Shown piece by piece: positions 1 through 10,547 of a stretch of DNA of 64,000 nucleotides. This DNA comes from Bdellovibrionales bacterium. GTDB taxonomy: Bacteria; Bdellovibrionota; Bdellovibrionia; Bdellovibrionales; UBA1609. How positions within the stretch are numbered: position 1 is the first letter of the stretch; each line of letters opens with the position of its first letter. The stretch spans positions 128,001 through 192,000 of the forward strand of contig OZ241877.1 in assembly GCA_965203095.1 (NCBI GenBank), given 5' to 3'. Both the position numbers and the translations under genes were made by a program. The notes under the pieces are model-generated. The model had not been told where the DNA came from, searched no databases, and worked only from the letters and a program-made list of their open reading frames with translations.

Positions 1-36
1 ATGCCGATAATATGTATACTGATGAGTTATTTTAAT

Positions 37-1404
37 ATGAAAACCCTTTTCTTTTGTCTGCTTTTCTTTTTATTGAGTTGTATGCAGGGTTCTTCCCCAA
101 CTACTCCTACTGGTCTCACAGATGCTCCTCCACCCATTGAGAGGAAGTTCCCTAAACGACCAGACCCCATAAAACAAGCAGAATGCAATAAAAAAAGCCG
201 TAGCAATGTATGTGAGGATAAGAAGGATTGTAAAGATATTTGCGATGATGTGTTTCGCTCTCGTGCGGACAAGAAGGACTGCTACAGGCTTCCGGAAAGC
301 ATAGTTGCTGAATTTGAAAAATTATTGGAGTTTGTAGAGGATGGGGATGTCCAGGATATAGACCCAGAGATTTTAGATTGTATGTTGGACATTGATGAGA
401 GGGAGTTTGCCCGTTCGGTTAAAAAGATGAATCGGAGTGAGGCTAAGAGGTTTTTGGTAGCGGTTGCAGACGATGAGTCTTTAGCTGATGTGTTGGAGGG
501 GGAAGATGATGAGTTTATGATTCTCAAGCAGGTTTTGAATAAGGGGACAGGGAGTAATGATTTGATTGTTCATTTGACTAAGGAGATTGATGATGACAAG
601 AGTTTTTTTTGGCTATCGGCCGCTGGCAGTGAGAAGGCTTGGGAGTATTTTGATAATTATGTTGGGGATGAATGTGATAGTTCTCCGCCCGATATATGTT
701 CTTCGGGGGATAATATTCAGGCTTATTGCAATGCCCTTGACGATGACCATATAAACAAGAGGGATTTAGAGGATTTTTTAACTGAGGCGGATCTTTTTGC
801 TGAGGAATATGAAGAGGATGTGGATGATGCGGATTATTTGTATGAGGTGGATGATACTCCTGGCGACAATTATACAGGAGATTTCCGGGATTGGTGTGAG
901 GATACAGTTTTATCTCCTAATCGCCCCACCCCTTGCCCTGCTGCTGGGGCAGATCTTCCAGAAAACAAAAAAATAGCAATCACCCTTGTTTCTGCAGGAG
1001 GTGGCTATCCATTGTATCTTAAGAATCATGATCCTTTTTGTGAAATGCAGGGGACCAGCCAATCTCTTTTAGATTTTACTCAAACTTACGGAAGTAGCGA
1101 TCCTTCTAATCAAGACCTTATTTTGATGTTAAGAGATGAAGGTTCTGAAGACGGAAAGATAATAATATTTGATGACGAGTTAAATTACGATTCCAGTAGA
1201 ACCTATTATCTCTACATTGGAAGTGTAAAATATAATTTAAATAATCCAAAGAAATACACTGAAAGTTGTGCTGGTGTCAGCACCACCAGAGATTTTGTCC
1301 AGTGGGACGATTTTATAGAAACAGGATCACTTTCAATTTCAGATAATAATGTTTGGCTGGCCAGTGACAAAAATGCTGATGATTGCAAATATCACAGCCC
1401 TTAA
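37..1404 (+). CDS. Cys-rich acidic hypothetical lipoprotein
   Basis: Start re-assigned to ATG 37 (MKTLFFCLLFFLLSC, lipobox-like). Many Cys and Asp/Glu residues. GCCGATAA at 3-10. Confidence 0.6.
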   Translation: MKTLFFCLLFFLLSCMQGSSPTTPTGLTDAPPPIERKFPKRPDPIKQAECNKKSRSNVCEDKKDCKDICDDVFRSRADKKDCYRLPESIVAEFEKLLEFVEDGDVQDIDPEILDCMLDIDEREFARSVKKMNRSEAKRFLVAVADDESLADVLEGEDDEFMILKQVLNKGTGSNDLIVHLTKEIDDDKSFFWLSAAGSEKAWEYFDNYVGDECDSSPPDICSSGDNIQAYCNALDDDHINKRDLEDFLTEADLFAEEYEEDVDDADYLYEVDDTPGDNYTGDFRDWCEDTVLSPNRPTPCPAAGADLPENKKIAITLVSAGGGYPLYLKNHDPFCEMQGTSQSLLDFTQTYGSSDPSNQDLILMLRDEGSEDGKIIIFDDELNYDSSRTYYLYIGSVKYNLNNPKKYTESCAGVSTTRDFVQWDDFIETGSLSISDNNVWLASDKNADDCKYHSP

Positions 1405-1553
1405 ATAGCCATAAATCTCTTTTTTTGTCCCGTGTAGGCTTTTCGCTTTTAAAAAGCATATTTTTCTCAATCGATTTTGAGTTTTCAAAAAAACCAAATA
1501 AATTTATGGACTTTTTGCCTCAGTCAGCTATAATAAAGCTTTAGGAGGATAAA

Positions 1554-2369
1554 ATGAATTCATCTGATAGGCAAAAAATAGACGAGATTTGGAGCATACT
1601 CAGAGAAACTGCTCGTCGTCAAAAAGAGCGTCAGGAAGAACTGGCCCGAGAGGATAAAAAGCGTCAGGAGGAGATGGCTCAACAAGAGAAAAAACGAAGG
1701 GAAGAGATGGCTCAACAAGAGAAACTGCGTGCTCAACAAGAGAAACTGCGTGCTCAACAAGAGAAACTGCGTGCTCAACAAGAGAAAAAGCAAAGGGAAG
1801 AGATGGCTCAACAAGAGAAAAAACAAAGGGAAGAGATGGCTCAACAAGAGAAAAAACAAAGGGAAGAGATGGCTCAACAAGAGAAAAAACGAAGGGAAGA
1901 GTTTGATCGGCACAGAAGAGAAACTGACCGGCGGATAAGGAAGTTAGATGAGCTTTTCACTTCTCAATGGGGTCGCCTTATGGAAAGCCTTGTGGAAGGG
2001 GATTTGATTAAGGTTTTAGGAGAAAGAGGCGTTAAGATAGAAAATACCTATACCAATCTCAAAAAAGAATATGGGGAAGACCGATACGAATATGACATTA
2101 TCGCGGCCAATGGGGAGGAAGTGGTGGTGATTGAGGTTAAAACCACTTTGAGGGTCAAATATGTCAAGGCTTTTTTAGAGGATGTGCGAAAATTCACTAC
2201 TCGGCGAAAGGTTTATAAGGGCCTTACAATTTATGGTGCGGTGGCTTTTTTGAGGACAGAGGAAGAGGCCAGCCGGTATGCTGAGTCTCAAGGTCTATTT
2301 GTGATAAGGGCGACGGGGTCCAGTGCCAGCATAATCAACAAAGCCACTTTTAAACCCAAACTTTTTTAA
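1554..2369 (+). CDS. Coiled-coil repeat protein with C-terminal PD-(D/E)XK nuclease-like domain (DUF3782-like)
   Basis: TATAAT and AGGAGG upstream. EEMAQQEKK/LRAQQEK repeats. YEYDIIA...VIEVK motif. Confidence 0.7.
   Translation: MNSSDRQKIDEIWSILRETARRQKERQEELAREDKKRQEEMAQQEKKRREEMAQQEKLRAQQEKLRAQQEKLRAQQEKKQREEMAQQEKKQREEMAQQEKKQREEMAQQEKKRREEFDRHRRETDRRIRKLDELFTSQWGRLMESLVEGDLIKVLGERGVKIENTYTNLKKEYGEDRYEYDIIAANGEEVVVIEVKTTLRVKYVKAFLEDVRKFTTRRKVYKGLTIYGAVAFLRTEEEASRYAESQGLFVIRATGSSASIINKATFKPKLF
1669..1900 (+). repeat. In-frame tandem repeats (33-nt and 21-nt units)
   Basis: gaagagatggctcaacaagagaaaaaac(a/g)aagg about 5 times and gctcaacaagagaaactgcgt 3 times. Confidence 0.9.
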
Positions 2370-2468
2370 TCTAAAAGCTTGTTTATAAACCATCTTTGAA
2401 AGAGAATATTAAAAAGCCTGTGGAAAAGCAGGAAAAAAACCTTTAAAAACTCCAAAGCAATTTTTATA

Positions 2469-4187
2469 ATGAAAATTCAAATTATGAGCAGGACAAAGAC
2501 AAGTTTTTATTCTTTTTTAAAATTTTACAAAATGCCTCTCCTTTCTGGAGCTCTTTTTGGCTTTAGCTTTATCCCTTTTCCTTTTTTTACTCTATTTGTT
2601 GCTTTGGTTCCGCTATGGCTCTTTATGTATCGGCAAACTTGTTGGAAAAAAATTGTCATAGCCTGTTTTTTATGCCAGATCCTCAGCACTTTTATAGGCT
2701 TTAACTGGATGATTTACACATTCCATAGTTTTGGAGGCATAAATTGGTTTTTAAGCACTATCTTTTTTATCCTCTATTGCTCTGTGAGCAATGTGTTCAT
2801 GATTCTGTCCGGGGCTTTGTGGTTCATTTTGAGCCAAAAATCCAGGCAAAATCTTTCAGCACCTGTAAAGCTTATTTTGCTCCCTTTGATTTTTGCCCTC
2901 TTGCATTCCCTCATCCCCGCTGTTCTCCCTTGGAATATGGGCTATCCATGGCTTTGGGCGGGTCTCCCCGGTGCTCACACTGCGGAGCTTTGGGGTTTTC
3001 GTTTTTTAGGCACTTTATTTTATATCTTCAATCTTTTGTTTTTGATTGCTTATAAGCACTCCCCTTTTTTAAAAATCAAAAAGCCATTCAGAGGCAAAAA
3101 GATCTCACTCCCCTACCCCGACCCTATAGCAAAAAAAGCCTTGTTAGGGATTTTCCTCTTGTTTGCTTTTTTAAACGGATGGGGTTTTTATTTAAAGAAA
3201 AATTTGCCAAAACCAGATCAATCTTTAAATGTTTTGCTGATTCAACCCAATATTGGCTCCATTCCCCTCATAGATCCCAGGCCCTTTAACAGCCCTAAGA
3301 TAAAAGCTTTTCATATTTTAAAAAATCTCACTTACAATGCTCTAAAACAAACAAGGAAGCGATTGCAGAGGGAGGATATTGATTTGGTTATATGGCCCGA
3401 AGGGGCTTATGGCTGGGCTATTGATAAAAACTCAAAAACAGAAAAAAATCTCTCCAAGCTGGCCCAAACCATTAAAATCCCTTTGATCACAGGGGCTATC
3501 ACCAAAGATTATAGACAATACAGCAACTCTCTTGTGCTTTTAGACCGCAAAGGCATTATACTGCCTATTTACGACAAAACAAAACTTTTAGTTTTTGGGG
3601 AGTATTTTCCCCTGATCAATCAATTCCCTTTTTTGAGAAAGCTCTTTCCCTACTTTGGCACCAACCTTAGCCCTGGAAAAAGCCCTCAAGTTCAAGAGAT
3701 AGAATCTGTCCGCTTAGGCTATCAGATCTGCTATGAGTCTCTTTTTGACAGTATCAGTAGGGAATTGGCACAAAAAAAAGCTCAAGTCCTAATCAATATT
3801 ACAAATGACTCCTGGTATGGCCCTTGGCAAGAACCTTACCAACATCTTGTTATGAATTTTGGTAGAGCTATTGAAGTCCGCCGGCCCCTTATTCGTGCCA
3901 CAAATACAGGATATTCCGGGGTCATTCTGGCAGACGGGACAGTGCAAACAAATCAATTGGCCCTTAAGGCTAAGTCCCCCACAACTCAAAAAGTTCAAAA
4001 ACTTTTGCCCATAAACAAGGCTCTTTTTGGCTTGTATCAAGTTCCTTATTACAAAAAACCAAAAAAAACTCTGTTTATGTCCTGGGGTTTTTATTGTAAT
4101 GAGATTTTTTTACTCTTTCTCGCTTTACTTGCTGGGGGGATTCATTTCCTCAAAGTAAAAAGGAAAGGCACAAGCTCTAAGCAATAA
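2469..4187 (+). CDS. lnt: Apolipoprotein N-acyltransferase
   Basis: TM N-terminus. QPNI, IWPEGA, YDKTKLLVFGEY, QICYES, TNDSWY, RATNTGYS motifs. Confidence 0.93.
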   Translation: MKIQIMSRTKTSFYSFLKFYKMPLLSGALFGFSFIPFPFFTLFVALVPLWLFMYRQTCWKKIVIACFLCQILSTFIGFNWMIYTFHSFGGINWFLSTIFFILYCSVSNVFMILSGALWFILSQKSRQNLSAPVKLILLPLIFALLHSLIPAVLPWNMGYPWLWAGLPGAHTAELWGFRFLGTLFYIFNLLFLIAYKHSPFLKIKKPFRGKKISLPYPDPIAKKALLGIFLLFAFLNGWGFYLKKNLPKPDQSLNVLLIQPNIGSIPLIDPRPFNSPKIKAFHILKNLTYNALKQTRKRLQREDIDLVIWPEGAYGWAIDKNSKTEKNLSKLAQTIKIPLITGAITKDYRQYSNSLVLLDRKGIILPIYDKTKLLVFGEYFPLINQFPFLRKLFPYFGTNLSPGKSPQVQEIESVRLGYQICYESLFDSISRELAQKKAQVLINITNDSWYGPWQEPYQHLVMNFGRAIEVRRPLIRATNTGYSGVILADGTVQTNQLALKAKSPTTQKVQKLLPINKALFGLYQVPYYKKPKKTLFMSWGFYCNEIFLLFLALLAGGIHFLKVKRKGTSSKQ

Positions 4188-4205
4188 AAATAAAAAATAG
4201 GTTTT

Positions 4206-5582
4206 TTGATTATGCGATCGATTAAAGACAGGCTTTTCCACAGAGGATTATTTATTTATAAAATTTTTATCTCCTTAAAGCTCGCGGTTTTCTCTATTCT
4301 CACTCTGGCCATTTTAACAGGTATCGGCACTTTTATAGAGTCAAAATACAATCAGGAAATAGCCAACAAACTGATCTATCACTCCCTTTGGATGAAAATG
4401 GCTTTTTTGCTTTTAGCCATCAATTTAACAATGGTTTTAATTGATCGCTATCCTTGGAAAAAACATCAAGTGGGATTTGTTCTGGCCCATATTGGGATTT
4501 TAACTTTAATGCTGGGTTTTGTGTTCACTCAATATTTGGGTTTGGACGGAACTCTTCGTTTAAAAGAGGGGGAAAAAAGCTCTTTGGCCAGCATTTCAGG
4601 GATGGAGATCCAGATCCATTCCTCTTATGATGGAGAAAACTGGAGTTTAATTTATGAAAAACCGGTGGATATGCTCTCTTTTCGTCCCTCTGAGAAAAAA
4701 CCTTATCTCATTCAAACTGCTGGAGAAGCATTTATCATCGATCAACACATTCCCTTTGCCTTAGGCCGAGAGATTTTTAAAAACAGTGAAAAAGGGGGGG
4801 AGCCTGCCATTCGCTTTCATCTGTCTGGCCAAACAGCTCAGCTTGTGGAGTGGATGAAGTTAGATATGGGAGAAACAAGCCTTGACCGATCTTTTGGCCC
4901 TGCACTCATCCGCCTCACGAAAAATAAAAACAAAAAAACAGGCAGTAAAGCTCTCATTTTATTTGTGGAAGAGGATAAAATATTTTACTCCCTCCCACGA
5001 ACAAGGAAAAAAGCATTGCGAAAAGGGCAGTCCTTTCCCACAGGATGGATGGATCTTCAGTTTCGCTTGTTGGAGTTTTTTCCTAAAGCACAGAGGGAGT
5101 TTGTGTTTTCAGCAAAGGATCGGCCCTCTTCTAAAACATTAAAAGCCATTCGTATCTCTCACCAGGGGAAAGTGGTTTGGATAGGCCAAAACTCTTATGT
5201 TCGTTTTTTTAAAGAGGATCGAGTTTATGCTGTGGCTTATCGCAACCAAACACATAATTTAACTTTTGATATTGAGCTTGTGGATTTTAAAATGACAACA
5301 TACCCCGCCAGCAGAAAAGCCAAAAGCTATGAAAGCCAAGTTTTAGTGGAAGGTCAAAAGGCTCTTATCTCCATGAACAAACCCTTAAAGCATAAAGGTT
5401 GGACTTTTTATCAATCCAGCTTTGAGTCCTCTCCTGATGGGGCTGAACCTAATATTTCCATTTTATCTGTTAATCGAGATCCGGGAAGAGCTTTAAAATA
5501 CACCGGCTCATTTTTAATTGTTATGGGTTCAAGCCTTCTGTTTTATCGTCGCCGGAAAAAAATGGGGACCACAGCTATTTAA
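4206..5582 (+). CDS. Cytochrome c biogenesis ResB-like membrane protein
   Basis: SLKLAV..GTFIES, LAHIG, ISMNKPL..GWTFYQSSF, VNRDPG..YTG motifs. Confidence 0.8.
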   Translation: MIMRSIKDRLFHRGLFIYKIFISLKLAVFSILTLAILTGIGTFIESKYNQEIANKLIYHSLWMKMAFLLLAINLTMVLIDRYPWKKHQVGFVLAHIGILTLMLGFVFTQYLGLDGTLRLKEGEKSSLASISGMEIQIHSSYDGENWSLIYEKPVDMLSFRPSEKKPYLIQTAGEAFIIDQHIPFALGREIFKNSEKGGEPAIRFHLSGQTAQLVEWMKLDMGETSLDRSFGPALIRLTKNKNKKTGSKALILFVEEDKIFYSLPRTRKKALRKGQSFPTGWMDLQFRLLEFFPKAQREFVFSAKDRPSSKTLKAIRISHQGKVVWIGQNSYVRFFKEDRVYAVAYRNQTHNLTFDIELVDFKMTTYPASRKAKSYESQVLVEGQKALISMNKPLKHKGWTFYQSSFESSPDGAEPNISILSVNRDPGRALKYTGSFLIVMGSSLLFYRRRKKMGTTAI

Positions 5583-5601
5583 AAATTACTTCCATGGGCA
5601 A

Positions 5602-6606
5602 CTATTTATTGACTTTTACTAATGTTCTTTTCTTGTTGCTCTTAAAAAGGCTATGACAATTAATCATAGTAGCAGAAACAAATAAGGGGAATACAACGAT
5701 TTGTGCTATATTTTCAACAGCAATACTTCTAAACCTCTTGTCATCAAAAAAATTTTCCGTAACGGTAGTGTCTATACCAAAAGATAGAGCGGCAACAATT
5801 TTTGCTATAGCTAATAGAGATGCAATAGATACAAAAGATATACTCACCGTTTTGTAGTCGTCCTTGGTGAAGAGATTTTTTTCATTCACCATTGTTCTAA
5901 GGGCAGAGAGGGCATAAGGGTTTTCCCCTGATTTAGATTTAGCCAGTTGAAGGAGTCGAGAAAGTTTTAAACTATTCGGTAATAACCTTGCCGATGGATT
6001 CCCATAAAGCTCAGGAGTCTGTGAAGGGGACAAATAGTTTTTATCAATATGTTCTATCACCATCCTTGATTTTTTAGTATAAATTCCAGCATAAAGATGG
6101 CGAACAAGATCACGAGCAGAACCTCCTAACAGATCATTAAGAGCTGTTTTCAACTTTTCCCTGTCTTTTAACAAAATGGCCTGGCCAATGGCTGTTTCTT
6201 CCATCTTAGGAATGTTTATCCACTTGCCTCCCAATTCGGGAGTAGAAAAAGGCATATAGCCAGACATTAAAAGCAGTAAAGCCTCTAATTCTCTAGAAAA
6301 CTCTTCTTGATATTTTTTGGTTTTAATTATTTGATGAATAATGCTGTCGCCTCTTTCATCCACATAAGAGATGGCAGTTATAAAATCCTCCACAGGGCCA
6401 TCTAATAGCCAGTTCATCTCTCTGCTGTATTGGCTATAATCTGAATTTTTGACAGCCTCATAAATAAGAGGGGCTTTTGTTAGTTTTTTATGAGCAGTTA
6501 TAGAGTTATATTTATTGAGAAGCTCTTGAAGATCAGCTGGAGACCAGGGGGTCCCCATGCTATGGTAAGAAAAAATCAAAGTTAAAAGTAAAGTTAAAAA
6601 CTTCAT
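5602..6606 (-). CDS. Hypothetical protein (signal peptide, two C-terminal TM segments)
   Basis: 334-aa ORF with hydrophobic N-terminus. TTGACA upstream. Confidence 0.55.
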   Translation of the reverse strand: MKFLTLLLTLIFSYHSMGTPWSPADLQELLNKYNSITAHKKLTKAPLIYEAVKNSDYSQYSREMNWLLDGPVEDFITAISYVDERGDSIIHQIIKTKKYQEEFSRELEALLLLMSGYMPFSTPELGGKWINIPKMEETAIGQAILLKDREKLKTALNDLLGGSARDLVRHLYAGIYTKKSRMVIEHIDKNYLSPSQTPELYGNPSARLLPNSLKLSRLLQLAKSKSGENPYALSALRTMVNEKNLFTKDDYKTVSISFVSIASLLAIAKIVAALSFGIDTTVTENFFDDKRFRSIAVENIAQIVVFPLFVSATMINCHSLFKSNKKRTLVKVNK

Positions 6607-6851
6607 ATTTTGAGCCTATATTAAAAATGATTTTTAATTTGTCAAAATAAAAAAAGAGATTTTGTAAATTTTTCACAAAATTTTAAAAAGCTTGAGTGGC
6701 CTCTTAGATACAAGCAGACTTAAAAAAACTTACGCCAGTTGTTTCCGCTAAACCTTTGCCCAAAAACCCACTTTTTCACGGAGCAAATATTTTATAATTT
6801 TTACAACAAAGAATGAAAAATTTACAAAATTCCTGGATGAAAATAAAGCCT

Positions 6852-8189
6852 TTAGCTGTAAGGCTTTATTTTGATGAAATCCTTGATTTTTTGAGAGATT
6901 CGCCGGCTCTTATTTAAAATCTTTTCTTCATCTAAAGTTTTAAGCTCCCTATCTTCCATTAAAACTTGCCCATCACACATGACAAAACTCACTTCACTTC
7001 CTAAAGCACTATAAATTATGTTGGATACCAAATTATAAAAAGGTTGAAAAGATATATGATCAGAATCCAAAGCGATAAGATCCGCTCGCTTTCCCACTGC
7101 AATATTCCCTATTTCCTCAAAAAGCCCCATGGCCTTAGCTCCCCCAATAGTGGCCATAAATAAGATCTGCTGAGCTGTCGGAGACTGATCCCCATATTTT
7201 AAAGCCTGAAGTTTAGCCCCTGTCCCCATCTCTTCAAAAAAATTCAGATTGTTATTAGAGGCCGAACCATCAGTGCCCAAGCCCACGGTTAAGCCTTTTT
7301 CTAAAGCCTCTCCTATAGGGGCTATGCCATTTCCCAATTTCATATTGCTGGATGGGTTATAGGAAAGTGAGGTTTGGCTTTTAGACATGATTTCTAAATC
7401 CCTTGGGCTGACATGAACACAATGGACAAAAAGAGAAGACTTCCCCGTTAGCCCCAAATGATGTAGATATTGAACAGGGCTTTTCTTATATTTTTTTTGG
7501 ATCTCCTCTTGCTCCCACAAGCTTTCAGAAACATGAATAGTTAAAGGCAGGTTTTCCGATTGGGCAAACTCCCCTATTTCAGTTAAGGTTTTGGTATCTA
7601 CTGTGTAAGGGGAATGAGGGGCCAGGCCCACTTGCACACGAGGATTTTTTTTGAATTGATGGCGGAGGGCTAAAGTCTTTTTTTTCCACTCTCGCCAGTC
7701 CTTTTCTAAACTGGGAATGCCCAAAGCCACAATCCCTCTCACCCCCGACTGATCCAAAGTTTCCGCCAGGGCTTGATTGTAAAAATACATATCATAACAG
7801 GTAGTCACACCAGAGCGAATAAGTTCTATTAGGGAAAGCTCTGTTCCTGTCCGGACAAAATCTTCATTTACAAAACGGCTTTCTAAGGGGAATATATAGT
7901 CCTTAAGCCAAACCATTAAAGGCAAATTATCGGCCAAACCCCGGAACAAAGACATAGGCAAATGGGTATGAGTGTTCACAAAACCCGGACATAAGATCTG
8001 CCGGTCAAAATGATAAACCTGCTTGGCTTTTAAAAGTGGGCTTGGCTTTCCCACATATCGGATTTGCCCCTTACTTATAGCAATGGCTTGATCCGATTCC
8101 AAAACAAACCGACTCCCTTTATAAACTAAAATATATTGGCAAAGTAAAAGGCTATCGTATTCCGCTTGTGAATGAGGTTTTTGGTTCAT
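6852..8189 (-). CDS. Amidohydrolase, MtaD/SAH deaminase-like
   Basis: PGFVNTHTH, APHSPY, IHVSES, VHCVH, GTDGSASNN motifs. Confidence 0.85.
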   Translation of the reverse strand: MNQKPHSQAEYDSLLLCQYILVYKGSRFVLESDQAIAISKGQIRYVGKPSPLLKAKQVYHFDRQILCPGFVNTHTHLPMSLFRGLADNLPLMVWLKDYIFPLESRFVNEDFVRTGTELSLIELIRSGVTTCYDMYFYNQALAETLDQSGVRGIVALGIPSLEKDWREWKKKTLALRHQFKKNPRVQVGLAPHSPYTVDTKTLTEIGEFAQSENLPLTIHVSESLWEQEEIQKKYKKSPVQYLHHLGLTGKSSLFVHCVHVSPRDLEIMSKSQTSLSYNPSSNMKLGNGIAPIGEALEKGLTVGLGTDGSASNNNLNFFEEMGTGAKLQALKYGDQSPTAQQILFMATIGGAKAMGLFEEIGNIAVGKRADLIALDSDHISFQPFYNLVSNIIYSALGSEVSFVMCDGQVLMEDRELKTLDEEKILNKSRRISQKIKDFIKIKPYS

Positions 8190-8313
8190 AGTTTCTCCTT
8201 TATTTTCTTCTTTATATATTGTTCCCTCAACTTATGCAACCAGATATGTTGATGAACATTATAATCATCAAATATTTTTTTCATGATTTACTATTTGCCT
8301 GTGCCATTTATTT

Positions 8314-9123
8314 TTAAGGAGATAATTCCGCTGGAGTTGTCCGTTTTTCTTCCTGAAATCTTTTGATAGATAGGTCTAAAAACGGGAGATGCTTATCAAT
8401 ACCGATAAAGGATCTTTTTAAACGATAAGCTGAAATTCCTGTGCTGGAACTTCCTGTAAAAGGATCCAAAACCAAATCTCCTGGTTTTGTGCTGGCCTGT
8501 AAAATTCGGCTTAAAAGTTTTAGAGGTTTTTGTGTGGGATGTTTGCCAGCTGTTTTTTCAGAAGTAGGAGTAGTGTTAATAGCCCAAACCGATCGCATCT
8601 GTTTTTCTGGCTTTTTGATAAAATCCTTCCCCCAAAAACCAAACTTCATATCTTCATAATTAAAAGTGTATTTGGCTTTTTTATCTGGACAAGCCCATAT
8701 TAAAGTTTCATGGCTGGCCGCAAAGCATCTACAACCAATATTGGGCGGAGCGTTGGGTTTATACCAGGCAATATCATTTAAAATTCTATAACCTGCCTTT
8801 TGCAAAGCAAAGCCACACTGGTAAATGGAGTGATAAGTCCCGCTGATCCAAATCGTTCCTTCTGATTTAAGCACTCGGTGGCAAGCCTTTATCCAACTCA
8901 AATGAAAAGCAAAATCCTCATCCAGCCCAGAACTTTGATCCCAATCCCCTTTATGCACATCCACTCGCCGGCCAGAATGAACAGAAAAACCACCATTAGA
9001 TAAATTATAAGGAGGATCGGCAAAAATCATATCTACAGATTTTTCTGGAAGAGATTTTAATATCTCCAAACAACTGCCCTGATAGAGAGAAAAACCATCT
9101 TCTTGATAATAGGGTTCCATCAT
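8314..9123 (-). CDS. Site-specific DNA adenine methyltransferase, beta class (DpnA-like), orphan
   Basis: FADPPY, HPTQKP, DPFTGS motifs. No adjacent endonuclease. Confidence 0.85.
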   Translation of the reverse strand: MMEPYYQEDGFSLYQGSCLEILKSLPEKSVDMIFADPPYNLSNGGFSVHSGRRVDVHKGDWDQSSGLDEDFAFHLSWIKACHRVLKSEGTIWISGTYHSIYQCGFALQKAGYRILNDIAWYKPNAPPNIGCRCFAASHETLIWACPDKKAKYTFNYEDMKFGFWGKDFIKKPEKQMRSVWAINTTPTSEKTAGKHPTQKPLKLLSRILQASTKPGDLVLDPFTGSSSTGISAYRLKRSFIGIDKHLPFLDLSIKRFQEEKRTTPAELSP

Positions 9124-9422
9124 ATTTTTAATGTTTAAAAATTTTTGTTTTCTTTACCCTGTTTTAACCAAAAGCTTCATAATATGATCATTATACCAGA
9201 CTCTTTTTCTAAAATAAATAAGGCTTTTTACTATTTTTTTATATCACACCTTAAAAAAAGTCTACTTTTCCCCCTCAATGATATAATCATATCGCGAAGT
9301 GTCATTTGTTGTTTGACACATCTCCCTCACAATGAATAAAGAGGGGATTATTTTGTGCTTTGTATAAAATTACCAAAGTCTCATTTTTTTAGAAATCTTC
9401 CCTTTTAAAAAAGTAAGAGAGC

Positions 9423-10547
9423 TTAAAAAACAGAATCTCCTCTTTCAACAGAATCTACTAATTCTCTTAATTTTCTGCAATCTCCTTTTAAATATTCTTT
9501 AAAAAAGTCAATACTTTTAGAAGAATTAATCTCAATTTTATCTGGGCTGATTTTTGTTAAACTGACTATTTCATTCATAGATTTAGATCTTTGAAATTGC
9601 TCAATTTTTTTTATAAAAGTCTTCTTTTCGATTTTATCTGGATCAACAATAAGCATTTTTGTATTTAAATCAGAACTTAAATTTTGTATTAAAATATTGT
9701 TAATATATCTATCTTGAAAACTATAACCTACTGTAATAAATACACTTGCTGTTTTTAAAACTTCATTAAAAGCTCCTAAAAGTGATAAAAAAGGATCATA
9801 AGATTGAATCTTTGAACCAGAACCAAAAATAATTAAAGGTTTTTCTTCAGTTATTTCCTGTTTAATAATTTCTTCTTTTTTATCAAAATGCCAGTCAATA
9901 GAACCATGAAGTTTATAAATTTTTATTTTTTCAGGATTTTGTGGATTGTTAAAATCACCCACCCAAAGCTTTTGAGAAAAACCAGTATATACAAGATGTT
10001 CATTTTCATTATTAAAATTTTTCTCAAACATTATATCATAATTAAGAGAAAATATGTTTATATCAAATTGCTCATCCGATTGAGTTAAATTGTCAAACGG
10101 TTCTAAAATATTTTTAGCTTTCTCTTTATCAAACTGTGTCCACTTATGGACAAGCTGATTATATATAAAATCATAAAAATCTTGAAAAATATTTTTGTTT
10201 TCAGCTTCCCACAAAGTAATTTTATTATTCCAGTTCCCTATTAAAGGAGGGGGAACAATATACTCTCTATCTATTATTTGTTGCAATACTAATACAAAAT
10301 CCTCAATATTTGTCACTTCAGACACTTTCGCTTCTGTATCTTTTAAACCGTATTGATATAGAAGGCTTTGTATTATAAAATTGTATATATCAAGAAAGTA
10401 TTTGCTATTTGGCCAAGAAATTTCAGAATCAGATATAGATTCTTTCAGATCAAAAAGCATTTCTTTTGACAAAAAACATCCGGCACCTTTTGATGCTCCT
10501 GCACCAAAAAGAAACACTACCTTTTCAAATAAGTTTTTTAAACTCAT
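9423..10547 (-). CDS. Stand-alone SIR2-like (putative NADase) effector
   Basis: FLFGAGAS, SLNYD, KLHGSIDW, VGYSFQDRYIN motifs. ATG 10547 overlaps the pAgo stop (ATGA). Confidence 0.88.
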   Translation of the reverse strand: MSLKNLFEKVVFLFGAGASKGAGCFLSKEMLFDLKESISDSEISWPNSKYFLDIYNFIIQSLLYQYGLKDTEAKVSEVTNIEDFVLVLQQIIDREYIVPPPLIGNWNNKITLWEAENKNIFQDFYDFIYNQLVHKWTQFDKEKAKNILEPFDNLTQSDEQFDINIFSLNYDIMFEKNFNNENEHLVYTGFSQKLWVGDFNNPQNPEKIKIYKLHGSIDWHFDKKEEIIKQEITEEKPLIIFGSGSKIQSYDPFLSLLGAFNEVLKTASVFITVGYSFQDRYINNILIQNLSSDLNTKMLIVDPDKIEKKTFIKKIEQFQRSKSMNEIVSLTKISPDKIEINSSKSIDFFKEYLKGDCRKLRELVDSVERGDSVF

